Positions 45,980 to 56,419 are shown, counted from the stretch's first letter. The stretch: 64,000 bases of DNA from Candidatus Dormiibacterota bacterium (GCA_963819095.1 CAWFUO010000010.1:18219-82218), one strand, 5' to 3'. The notes: generated by a model from the letters alone, not told the origin. Made by a program: numbers and translations.

Positions 45980-46594
45980 TTATCCCGTCACGGTGTACTG
46001 GATCGTCGCCGCGAACGTGGTTGTCGGGGTCGTGTCCGCTGGCACCGCGACGACAATCTGGTTCGCCGCCTGCGTCCAGGTGCCCTCGCTTGTTGCCAAC
46101 TCGGTAGCCAGTGTGATTGGCGTGGAATATGTCGCGAAGTCGGTGGTTGCGGTTCCGGCGAGGATGTACGGGCTTCCTGCCGGTACTGTCGCCGGCGACC
46201 CGTTGTTCATGGCGTCGCCGGTCACCGTGGGGTCCACCATGATGGTGAAGTCGGCCCACGGGATGTACAGCCCGGCACCCGCGGCGTGCCAGAGATTGGT
46301 TGCCGCAAGCGTGACGCTCGAGACGACGGAATCGTTAAGGGTGTCGGTCCAACTCACGCTGCCGAGGCTCGTCGCAGCTGTGGAACTCCCGCCGATCAAG
46401 GTCGGCAGCACCAGCGCTCCAGGTGCGGTGATGCTCAGCACTCCGCCCTGCGTCGCTCCGGTGACGACCTGCGTGGCGCTCGCAGCGGCGACGGGGCTCG
46501 CCGCCAGGAGGACGAGGCAGCCTGCTGCAAGCACTCCGGTTGTCGTGGTGGCGACCTGCCGTTTGCCGGCAGCGAAGGATGCGCGATTGATCAT
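45980..46594 (-). CDS. WxL-like secreted surface subunit
   Basis: Signal peptide, GVLSITAP, VSWTD, C-terminal VAVPA...FAATIQYTVTG resembling the WxL terminus; upstream of a DUF916-like gene. Confidence 0.6.
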   Translation of the reverse strand: MINRASFAAGKRQVATTTTGVLAAGCLVLLAASPVAAASATQVVTGATQGGVLSITAPGALVLPTLIGGSSTAATSLGSVSWTDTLNDSVVSSVTLAATNLWHAAGAGLYIPWADFTIMVDPTVTGDAMNNGSPATVPAGSPYILAGTATTDFATYSTPITLATELATSEGTWTQAANQIVVAVPADTTPTTTFAATIQYTVTG

Positions 46595-46841
46595 GTGCGA
46601 TATCTCCATATGCGGTGTTTCCCGTTGGGGCGTCCACATATCGTCATTCACAGGATGCATCTCGACTAGAGCCATATGTACGCAATCGGACTGATGCAGC
46701 TACTCCATTCGCGCAACGTCGAAGGCGGAACCACACCTGTGAGTCCCGGAGAAGCGCTGCCGTTGCAACGTATTTGGGCGGAGGGTGTTGCGACATCGAC
46801 GTTGTTCCGAGTCATCCGTCGACCCGAGCCAGAGTGGAAGC

Positions 46842-47699
46842 ATGTTTCACCGTTCCCGACTCATCCCGCTCGTCGTCGTATCAACCGCAGCGCTCGCCCT
46901 TGCGTTGCCATTGTCTGCATTCGCCGCCACAACGCCCCGACTCGGGACGGCGTTGAACTTCACAGTCCTGGCTGGTTCGACGATCACCAGCACCGGGCCG
47001 ACCGTCATCACCGGATCGCTCGGGCTCGACCCAGGGAGCGCGGTGTCGGGCTTTCCTCCCGGCAGCGTGACCGGCTCGAAACACATCGCCGATGCGGTTG
47101 CGCTTCAGGCCAAGCGCGGCCTGATCACCGCATACAACGACGCCGCCAATTCGCCGACGACGTCGGACCTGACGGGCAAGAACCTAGGTGGCAAGAACTT
47201 GAAGCCCGGCGTCTACAAGTTCAGCTCCTCGGCGCAGTTGACCGGCACGCTCACGCTGAGTGGCAAGGGTGTCTACATCTTCAAGATCGGGAGCACGCTC
47301 ACCACGGCAAGCAATTCGGTCGTGCGGCTCACCGATGGCGCAGAAGGATGCTCGGTGTTCTGGCAGGTCGGCAGCTCGGCCACACTCGGCACGACCTCGC
47401 AGCTGCAGGGCAACCTGATGGCGCTCACGAGCATCACCATGACCACCGGCGCCACCATTCGGAGTGGACGGGCGCTGGCTCGCGGTGGCGCGCTGACGCT
47501 TGACTCCAACCGGATCACTCCGCCGGCCGGCGCCTGCACCGCCGCTTCGACCACAACTACCACGACCACTGCCGCCGGCGTGCCAGACACCGGTGCCGCC
47601 ACCTCCCCGGTGCAGAGCCTGGGCATCGTGATGTTCATCGGCGGCGCTGCCGCCGTCGCGATCGGGGTCAGGCGTCGGCGCGATCGCAGTCGCAGCTGA
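46842..47699 (+). CDS. Ice-binding-like protein (DUF3494) with sortase-type C-terminus
   Basis: LGTALNFTVLAGSTIT.TG.T.ITG.LG, LKPGVYK, IFKIGSTLTT, VFWQVGSSATLGT, GRALAR; Thr linker, VPDTG, TM, RRRR. Confidence 0.9.
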   Translation: MFHRSRLIPLVVVSTAALALALPLSAFAATTPRLGTALNFTVLAGSTITSTGPTVITGSLGLDPGSAVSGFPPGSVTGSKHIADAVALQAKRGLITAYNDAANSPTTSDLTGKNLGGKNLKPGVYKFSSSAQLTGTLTLSGKGVYIFKIGSTLTTASNSVVRLTDGAEGCSVFWQVGSSATLGTTSQLQGNLMALTSITMTTGATIRSGRALARGGALTLDSNRITPPAGACTAASTTTTTTTAAGVPDTGAATSPVQSLGIVMFIGGAAAVAIGVRRRRDRSRS

Positions 47700-47962
47700 C
47701 GTCAGCGTCGGTATCTGATCCGCGATCACGGTTCGGTATCGAACACACCGGAGCCGAAATACCTGCGAGGATCGGCTGGCTCTTCCTTCCGGACGCCCTG
47801 CCCATTGGAGGGAGGAAGCCACTTGAGGGCCGGCCCAGATCCACTTCTGGGCCGCCCTCATACCGCGCACTGACCGGCGACCCGTGTTTGGCGGGTACGA
47901 TGGCGCCTGTGGAGTTCGCACCGATGGGCGTCTCCGCGTCTTCTCTCCCCAGCACGTTGCCT

Positions 47963-48038
47963 GGCGGTTTAGCTCAGGTGGTAGAGCAGCCGGCCCATAC
48001 CCGGTATGTCCCTGGTTCGAATCCAGGAACCGCCACCA
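47963..48038 (+). tRNA. tRNA-CAT, probably elongator Met (Ile2 not excluded), with C33
   Basis: GGCGGTT/AACCGCC acceptor, GCCGG-CCCATAC-CCGGT anticodon arm, GGTTCGAATCC, CCA encoded. Confidence 0.9.
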
Positions 48039-48085
48039 CACTCGAAACACCCGGCACCCTGCCGCCACGCGAGCGCACCGCGGCG

Positions 48086-48772
48086 GTGGCTCGGGTGCGG
48101 CGCGCGGTGGCCACAGCGGCGGATCGGCGTGGCGTCATCCTGCCCGGTGAGCACGTCCTGATCGCGTGCAGCGGCGGCCCTGACTCGACGGCATTGCTCG
48201 ACGCGATGGCTCGCCTTGCGCCTCCGCGGCGGTGGCACCTCTCTGTCGCCCACGTCGACCACGGGCTGCGCGCCGGTTCGGCGCTCGAAGCCGACCTCGT
48301 CGCCACGCTTGCCGCGGATCGCGGACTCGCGTTTCACGCGGTCTCGGTGCAGGTTGCACCCGGGGGATCGCTGCAGGATCGCGCCCGCAGCGCGCGTCAC
48401 GCCGCTCTCCGCGCCGAGGCCGCGCGGGTGGGCGCCGGCCAGATCGCGCTCGGCCACACCGCGGATGACCAGGCGGAGACGGTGCTCATGCGAGCGCTGT
48501 CCGGAGGATCGCCTGCCGGTCTTCCGGCGATGGCGGAGCGCGAGCGAGGATTGGTCCGCCCCCTGCTCCGCGTCTGGCGCGAGGCGACCATCGCGTACTG
48601 CGCGGCGCTCGGCATCAACCCGCTCGACGATCCCAGCAATGCCGACCCTCGATTCCTGCGCAGCCGGGTTCGCCACGAGATCATTCCCGCGCTCGAGGCG
48701 GTCTTCCCCGGCGCCCGACGCAGGCTGGTGGTCCTCGCCGAGCGTCAGCGTCAACTGCTGAGCGGGGGTTGA
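48086..48772 (+). CDS. tilS: tRNA(Ile)-lysidine synthase, catalytic domain only (start uncertain)
   Basis: SGGPDS PP-loop, HVDHGLR, GHTADDQAET, RPLL, DDPSN, RSRVRH; directly upstream of ftsH. Confidence 0.9.
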   Translation: MARVRRAVATAADRRGVILPGEHVLIACSGGPDSTALLDAMARLAPPRRWHLSVAHVDHGLRAGSALEADLVATLAADRGLAFHAVSVQVAPGGSLQDRARSARHAALRAEAARVGAGQIALGHTADDQAETVLMRALSGGSPAGLPAMAERERGLVRPLLRVWREATIAYCAALGINPLDDPSNADPRFLRSRVRHEIIPALEAVFPGARRRLVVLAERQRQLLSGG

Positions 48773-48800
48773 GATCGTAGACCCCTGGTAGACTGAGTTC

Positions 48801-50762
<1,962 letters not shown>

Positions 50763-50880
50763 GGGTACACTCAGGCCGACGGGCCTCCGTGGCCGTCGAC
50801 GGCTCCAAAGCGACCCGGGGACGCGTGATGCGCCTCGAGGCCCGCTGCCGCTGACGGGTCGGTGACCCGGCTTGCCGGCA

Positions 50881-50912
50881 GCGCTTGGATCCAACGAGGA
50901 GGACCGAGACGT
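50881..50912 (+). ncRNA. pan RNA motif-like hairpin in the pantothenate operon leader
   Basis: CG-CTTGG-[A]-TCC loop GGA-CCGAG-[A]-CG: stem with two bulged As, covering the GAGGAGG RBS and reaching the GTG start. Confidence 0.65.
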
Positions 50913-51783
50913 GGAGGGAGTAGGCACGCCGTCGCTGGCGATCATCGGTGCGGGCCGCGCCGGATCCGCTCTTGCGATCGCTGCGCACGATGCCGGATAT
51001 CGGGTCGCGGCCGTCGCCAGCCGTCGAGGCGAGATGGCCGCCCGGCTCGCGGATACCGTCGGCGCCGAAGCGGTGGCCACGCCGCTCGCAGCGGTGGCGC
51101 TCGCGGATCTGACCTTGCTCGCGGTTCCCGACGGGGCGATCTCGACCGTCGCGTCGGAAATCGCAGCGTCGGGCATCGCGCTCCGTGGACGCGGCGTGGC
51201 GCACCTGGGTGCCCGCTTCGGCCCCGAGGCCATCGCCTCGTTGCTCATCACCGGTGCCGAGGTCGGCGTACTGCATCCGCTGATGGCGCTGGCCGGGCCG
51301 GACAGCGCATCACTCCTCGAGGGCGCGTTCTTCAGAGTCGACGCCACCGGGCTGCTGCGTGAGCGCCTGCTCGGCCTGGTCGCCGCCCTGCGCGCAACCC
51401 CACTCGACATCGACCCCGCGAGTGCGAGGCTCTACCACGCGGCCGCGGTGCTCGCGGGCAACGCGCCGCTCGCATTGCTTGCGGAGGCGACGCGGCTGCT
51501 CGAGAGCACCGGTGTCCCGGCCGAGACCGCGCACGCGGCACTGGCCGCGCTGCTCGAAGGCGCCGCCCACAACGCCCGGCGCGGCGGGCCGGCAGCGGCG
51601 CTCACCGGACCCGTGGCGCGGGGCGACACAGATGCCATCGCCGCACACCTCGACGCGCTGGCGGATCACCCCGAAGCTCGCGACCTCTACCTGCACCTGA
51701 CGCGCGCCATGGAGGCGCTCGTGGCGGACGTGCCCGCAATCGCGCCGCCGCTCGACGGCCACACCGGCTCCCAGGTGGCGTGA
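50911..51783 (+). CDS. Rossmann-like/DUF2520 protein (probable alternative ketopantoate reductase)
   Basis: IIGAGRAG, LAVPD, LHP, YHAAAV, LTGPVARGD; first gene of the pan operon. Confidence 0.85.
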   Translation: MEGVGTPSLAIIGAGRAGSALAIAAHDAGYRVAAVASRRGEMAARLADTVGAEAVATPLAAVALADLTLLAVPDGAISTVASEIAASGIALRGRGVAHLGARFGPEAIASLLITGAEVGVLHPLMALAGPDSASLLEGAFFRVDATGLLRERLLGLVAALRATPLDIDPASARLYHAAAVLAGNAPLALLAEATRLLESTGVPAETAHAALAALLEGAAHNARRGGPAAALTGPVARGDTDAIAAHLDALADHPEARDLYLHLTRAMEALVADVPAIAPPLDGHTGSQVA

Positions 51784-52589
51784 CCGTGGCGATCACCGTC
51801 CGGGACCTCGCGGCATGGAAGGCAGCCGGCACCCGCTTCGTGATGCTCACCGCATACGACTACCCCACGGCACAACTCCTCGCCGAAGCCGAGGTGCCCG
51901 TGCTGCTCGTCGGCGACACGCTCGCGGACAACGTCCTCGGCTATGCGAACACCCTTCCAGTGAGCATGACCGAGATGCTGCACCATGCCCGCGCGGTTGC
52001 TCGCGGCGCGCCCAACCAGCTCCTTGTCGGCGATCTTCCCTTCGGCACCTACCAGGGGTCGTGCGAGGACACAACCGACAATGCGGTGCAATACCTCAAG
52101 GCAGGGATGCATGCGGTCAAGCTCGAGGGCGGCGGGTGGGCGGTGGAGAAGGTGGCGCACCTCACCCAGCGCGGGATCCCGGTGATGGGACACCTCGGTC
52201 TCACGCCACAGTCGGTCAACGCATTCGGCGGCATGAAGGTGCAGGCGAGAAGCGCGAGCGACCGCGAACGCCTCATCGCCGACGCCCACGCGCTGGAGCA
52301 GGCGGGTGCCTTCTCGATCGTGCTCGAGGGCATCCCGCGCGACCTCGCCGCGCAGGTGACGAGCGAGTTGACCATTCCCACCATCGGTATCGGCGCGGGG
52401 CCCGACTGCGACGCCCAGGTCCTGGTCATCTACGACCTGCTCGGCATCACCGGTCACGTGCGCGGCGTCACCCCGAAATTCGTGAAGCCATATGCCGACC
52501 TCGGCGCAGCCATCGTCAGCGCCGCGCGCGCGTACGCCGACGATGTCCGCGAGGGCCGGTTTCCTGACGATGCCCACTCGTTCCACTGA
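51780..52589 (+). CDS. panB: 3-methyl-2-oxobutanoate hydroxymethyltransferase
   Basis: MLTAYD, LLVGD, VKLEGG, GHLGLTPQS, IGIGAG..CDAQVLV. Confidence 0.97.
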   Translation: MTVAITVRDLAAWKAAGTRFVMLTAYDYPTAQLLAEAEVPVLLVGDTLADNVLGYANTLPVSMTEMLHHARAVARGAPNQLLVGDLPFGTYQGSCEDTTDNAVQYLKAGMHAVKLEGGGWAVEKVAHLTQRGIPVMGHLGLTPQSVNAFGGMKVQARSASDRERLIADAHALEQAGAFSIVLEGIPRDLAAQVTSELTIPTIGIGAGPDCDAQVLVIYDLLGITGHVRGVTPKFVKPYADLGAAIVSAARAYADDVREGRFPDDAHSFH

Positions 52590-53466
52590 CGCCCCGGAAC
52601 TGCTCGCGACCCCAGACGACCTTCGGCGGTGGTCCCTGGGCTGCCGCGGCGCGGGCCTGTCGGTCGGGATGGTGCCCACCATGGGTGCGCTCCACGCCGG
52701 CCATCGCTCGCTGATCGACCGCGCGGTCGCGGAGAACGACCGCGTGGTGGTCACGATCTTCGTGAACCCGGCACAGTTCGGACCGAACGAGGACTTCGCC
52801 CGCTACCCCCGCACCATGGACGCCGACCTCGCCATGCTCGCCGAGGCGGGCGTGCACGCCGCGTTCGTCCCGAGTGTCGAGACCATGTACCCGCCGGGGT
52901 TGGTGACCCGCATCGACATCACCGGATCGCTCGGGGAGCGGCTGGAAGGCGCGAGCCGCCCGGGCCATTTCAATGGGGTGGCGTTGGTTGTCACCAAGCT
53001 CCTCGTCGCCGGGCTGCCCCACCGCGCGTACTTCGGACAGAAGGACGCCCAGCAGTGTGCAGTAGTTTCGCGGCTCGTCCGCGACCTCGACGCCGGCGTC
53101 GATATCGTTGTGTGCCCAACGGTTCGCGATGCCGACGGGCTCGCCATCTCGAGCCGCAACCGATACCTCAGCCCCGAAGACCGAGTGCGCGCAACGGCCA
53201 TTCCATCGAGCCTGGGCTTGGCAATCGGCCGATTCGAGGCCGGCGAGCGAGATGCGACAGCGCTGGCAACAACTGTTCGGTCGGCTCTGGAAAACGCGGG
53301 ACTGGACGTGGACTACGTCGCCGTGGTAAAGGCGGACGACTTCACCGAGGTCGAAAAGGCAGCCCCCACAAACCAAATCGTGCTGGCTGCTAGAATAGGG
53401 AGCACACGGTTGATTGATGTCGTTCGGCTGGGGGTCGACACAGCGCCCGTTGGTCGTGGCGTCTAG
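52570..53466 (+). CDS. panC: Pantoate-beta-alanine ligase
   Basis: VPTMGALHAGH, FVNPAQF, RPGHF, FGQKDAQQ, GLAISSRN, RLID. Confidence 0.97.
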   Translation: MPTRSTDAPELLATPDDLRRWSLGCRGAGLSVGMVPTMGALHAGHRSLIDRAVAENDRVVVTIFVNPAQFGPNEDFARYPRTMDADLAMLAEAGVHAAFVPSVETMYPPGLVTRIDITGSLGERLEGASRPGHFNGVALVVTKLLVAGLPHRAYFGQKDAQQCAVVSRLVRDLDAGVDIVVCPTVRDADGLAISSRNRYLSPEDRVRATAIPSSLGLAIGRFEAGERDATALATTVRSALENAGLDVDYVAVVKADDFTEVEKAAPTNQIVLAARIGSTRLIDVVRLGVDTAPVGRGV

Positions 53467-53474
53467 GGGAGATC

Positions 53475-53654
53475 ATGCAGCGGGTCATCATGAAGTCGGA
53501 AAACCACCGCGCCACAATGACGCGAGCTTCGGTCGACTTCGAGGGGTCATGGGTCAGCGCGCGTCTGTCCAATCGCGCACTGCGCGATTGGACATCGGCG
53601 GTGCTGCCTGTCGATGCAAACAACACCGTCGTTGGGCAGGCGGCAATCGCGTGA
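53475..53654 (+). pseudogene. panD: Internally deleted aspartate decarboxylase relic (59 aa, in frame)
   Basis: MQRVIMKSENHRATMTRASVDFEGS matches PanD residues 1-25 incl. G24-S25, joined to a C-terminal-like RDWTSAVLPVDANN; GGGGAG RBS; not in the ORF track. Confidence 0.8.
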
Positions 53655-55234
53655 TCAACGGGACGGCACCAACGGATTACGACGTTGTTGTTGTCGGCAG
53701 TGGCATCGCAGGATTCTCGGCCGCGCTCACCGCAGCGCCGCGCGCGCGAGTGGCGGTTGTGACCAAAGGCGCACTCGATGACGGATGCAGCCGGTTCGCG
53801 CAAGGTGGCATCGCGGCTGCTGTCGGCGATGGTGATTCGCCGGAGCTCCATTACGAGGACACGATTGCCGCAGGCCGCGGGCTCTGCCATCCCGATGCCG
53901 TGCGCGTGCTTGTTGAAGAGGGTCCGGCGCGGATTCGCCAGTTGATCGAATGGGGCGTCGCGTTCGACACCCAGGATGGTGAGCTGTTGCTGGCGCAGGA
54001 GGCGGCGCATTCGCGCCCCCGCATCCTTCATGCCCGCGGCGATGCAACCGGGCTCGAGGTCGAAACCGCCCTCATCCGGCGCCTGCGTTCCAGTGGCGCG
54101 CGCGTCATCGAGCACGCGGACGTCACCCGCATCGTCACCACGGCGGACGGCACCGGCTGTGGAGTTTCCATCACCACCAACGCAACGGAATCGCATACCA
54201 CCACGCTGTCGTCGTCGGCCGTCGTGCTTGCGAGCGGCGGTGCGAGCCGGCTCTGGCGCAACAGCACCAACCCCAACTCCGCAACCGGCGATGGCGTCGC
54301 CCTCGGCTACTCGGCCGGCGCTGATGTCGCCGGCATGGAGTTCGCGCAGTTCCATCCCACCGCGCTCGCCGTTGACGGTGCACCGCGTTTCCTCATCAGT
54401 GAGGCGGTGCGTGGCGAGGGCGCGTGGATCATCAACCGTGATGGCAAGCGCTTCGTGCTCGATGTCGATCCGCGCGGCGAACTGGCCGGTCGCGACGTCG
54501 TCTCCCGGGCCATCTGGGAGGAGCTGCAGCGCAGCGGCGAGGCGTGCGTCTTCCTCGACTGCTCGCCGCTCGGTGCGCGCGCGGCGGTGCGCTTTCCAAC
54601 CATCGCGGCGACCTGCGCCCGGTACGGGCTCGACGTCGGACGCGATCCGATCCCGGTGTCTCCTGCCGCGCACTACATGATCGGCGGCGTCCGGACCGAC
54701 CTCGACGGCGCCACCAGCGTCCCAGGCCTGTTTGCCTGCGGCGAGGTTGCATACACGGGTGTCCACGGCGCCAACCGGCTGGCGAGCAACAGCCTGCTCG
54801 AGTCGCTCGTCTTCTCGCGGCGCGCGGTGCAGGCGGCGCTGGGTTGGGCGGCGGAATCGCCACCGCCGAAGGCAGCACCCGTGCAGCGGGTCACAAGCCC
54901 GCGCGCGTCCAAGCTCGATCCGCGTGAAGGCTGGACCACGCTGCGCGACACGCTCTGGGCCGGCGCCGGCGTGGTTCGCGACGAATCCGGCCTGCGCGCC
55001 GCGGCCCGCGAGTGCGAGCGCGTCGCCGCCGAGACAGCGGGGAGCACCCTGCTGCCGAGCATGCAGCTGCACGCCGCGGCATCCACCGCGTCACTGGTGT
55101 GCGCGGCGGCCCTGGCTCGCGAGGAGAGCCGCGGATGCCACCTCCGTTCTGATCTCCCCCAAGCAAGCGATCAATGGCATGGCGATCTCGTCATGCACAA
55201 GGACAGAGGAGCACGCTTTGACCGTCACCTTTAG
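53651..55234 (+). CDS. nadB: L-aspartate oxidase
   Basis: VGSGIAG, AQGGIAA, EAAHS..RILH, QFHPT, SEAVRGEG, HYMIGG, GVHGANRLASNSLLE. Confidence 0.95.
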   Translation: MINGTAPTDYDVVVVGSGIAGFSAALTAAPRARVAVVTKGALDDGCSRFAQGGIAAAVGDGDSPELHYEDTIAAGRGLCHPDAVRVLVEEGPARIRQLIEWGVAFDTQDGELLLAQEAAHSRPRILHARGDATGLEVETALIRRLRSSGARVIEHADVTRIVTTADGTGCGVSITTNATESHTTTLSSSAVVLASGGASRLWRNSTNPNSATGDGVALGYSAGADVAGMEFAQFHPTALAVDGAPRFLISEAVRGEGAWIINRDGKRFVLDVDPRGELAGRDVVSRAIWEELQRSGEACVFLDCSPLGARAAVRFPTIAATCARYGLDVGRDPIPVSPAAHYMIGGVRTDLDGATSVPGLFACGEVAYTGVHGANRLASNSLLESLVFSRRAVQAALGWAAESPPPKAAPVQRVTSPRASKLDPREGWTTLRDTLWAGAGVVRDESGLRAAARECERVAAETAGSTLLPSMQLHAAASTASLVCAAALAREESRGCHLRSDLPQASDQWHGDLVMHKDRGARFDRHL

Positions 55235-56084
55235 ACCCATCACCGAGGCGCTTTCGTCGGAGAGCATCGACCTGCTCATCGAATCTGCGCTCGCCGAGGA
55301 TGTCGGAGCTGGCGATGTCACGACCCAGGCCGTCATTCCCATGGACATGACCTGTCGCGGCAAGATCGTTTGCAAACAGGACGGCGTGATCGCCGGTCTC
55401 AGCATCGCCCAGCGCGTGTTCCAGCGTGTCGACGAGCGCATCCAGTTCGACGCCAAGACCAAGGATGGCGAGAAGGTGCAGGCCGATCAGATCGTGGCGC
55501 GGCTCTTCGGCCCGGCGCGCGGGATGATGACGGCGGAGCGTGTCGGTCTCAACTTCCTCCAGCATCTCAGCGGTATCGCCACCATGACCGCGAAGTACGT
55601 GAAGGCGGTCGACGGCACCAAGGCCAAGATCCTCGACACGCGCAAGACCACGCCGGGACTGCGCGCCATCGAGAAGTACGCCACGCGCATGGGCGGCGCG
55701 GTCAACCATCGCATGGGTCTGTATGACGCGGTGCTCATCAAGGACACGCATCTCGCGCTCGTTGGTGGGATCACACCGGCGCTGCGCGCCGCGCGCAAGG
55801 CCTATCCCGAGATGGAGATCCACGTCGAGGTGAGCAACCTCCAGGAGCTGGAGCAGGCGCTCGCCGACAAGGCATCGCACATCCTGCTCGACAACTTCTC
55901 CTGCGGCCAGGTGCGCGAGGCGATGCAGCTGATCCGCGGTCGTGCCACGGTTGAGGTGAGTGGGGGAGTCCAGGTGACCAACGCGCGTGCTTATGCGTTG
56001 GCGGGGGCCGACTACATCTCTGTCGGGGCGCTCACGCATTCGGCGGTGGCGTTGGATTTTTCAATGAAGGTCACTCGCTACTAG
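55218..56084 (+). CDS. nadC: Nicotinate-nucleotide diphosphorylase
   Basis: ALAEDVG.GDVTT, DTRKTTPGLR, HRMGLYDAVLIKD, LLDN, SVGALTHS. Confidence 0.96.
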   Translation: MTVTFRPITEALSSESIDLLIESALAEDVGAGDVTTQAVIPMDMTCRGKIVCKQDGVIAGLSIAQRVFQRVDERIQFDAKTKDGEKVQADQIVARLFGPARGMMTAERVGLNFLQHLSGIATMTAKYVKAVDGTKAKILDTRKTTPGLRAIEKYATRMGGAVNHRMGLYDAVLIKDTHLALVGGITPALRAARKAYPEMEIHVEVSNLQELEQALADKASHILLDNFSCGQVREAMQLIRGRATVEVSGGVQVTNARAYALAGADYISVGALTHSAVALDFSMKVTRY

Positions 56085-56407
56085 GACTCGAATCGTGGTG
56101 CGCGGGTCCTGTCACCGCGGGGACCCCTCGCCGTCGCGCTTTTGGGCGCGCCGGCGCTGCCCCCCGCGGTGCCACCCGCCGTCCGCTTCGTGCTAGGGCT
56201 CGCTTTCGCCGGGGCCTTGTTGGCCCGCGGTGCGTATGGGGGTGCCACCGACTTGCCGTGCCCTGCTCTTGCTCGTCCTGCCGGGCCCTTGCTGACCCTA
56301 CTCGCGTGCGGTCGTGACACTGGACGTCCGCGTCCTGCTGCGTCTCGTGCGGGCTTCGTGTTCTTGGCTCGGCTGCGTGTAGTGGCGAAACCTTTGGTTG
56401 TTCGCAT
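56081..56407 (-). CDS. Possible small basic Lys/Arg/Ala-rich disordered protein
   Basis: 108-aa ORF rich in K/R/A/G with very few acidic residues; fills the gap between nadC and the PAP2 gene. Confidence 0.4.
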   Translation of the reverse strand: MRTTKGFATTRSRAKNTKPARDAAGRGRPVSRPHASRVSKGPAGRARAGHGKSVAPPYAPRANKAPAKASPSTKRTAGGTAGGSAGAPKSATARGPRGDRTRAPRFES

Positions 56408-56419
56408 TCGTATCGCTTA

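Noticed and set aside
46595-46841. c-di-GMP riboswitch in the divergent WxL/ice-binding intergenic region
   Set aside because: Only a simple hairpin is visible; class I and class II consensus motifs were not recognised by eye
47775-47810. SRP RNA-like TCCGGAAGGAAG on the minus strand
   Set aside because: Lacks the CAGG/AGCAG internal-loop context and is explained by the local hairpin
40082-47962. Integrative element or prophage at tRNA-fMet
   Set aside because: No integrase, phage genes or duplicated tRNA 3' end seen; treated as an accessory block only
47888-48085. N-terminal extension of TilS translated through the tRNA gene
   Set aside because: The upstream ATG overlaps a TACGAT -10-like box that probably drives the tRNA; the extension shows no TilS similarity
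53651-56084. Absence of nadA beside nadB-nadC
   Set aside because: nadA is often encoded elsewhere; cannot be judged from one window
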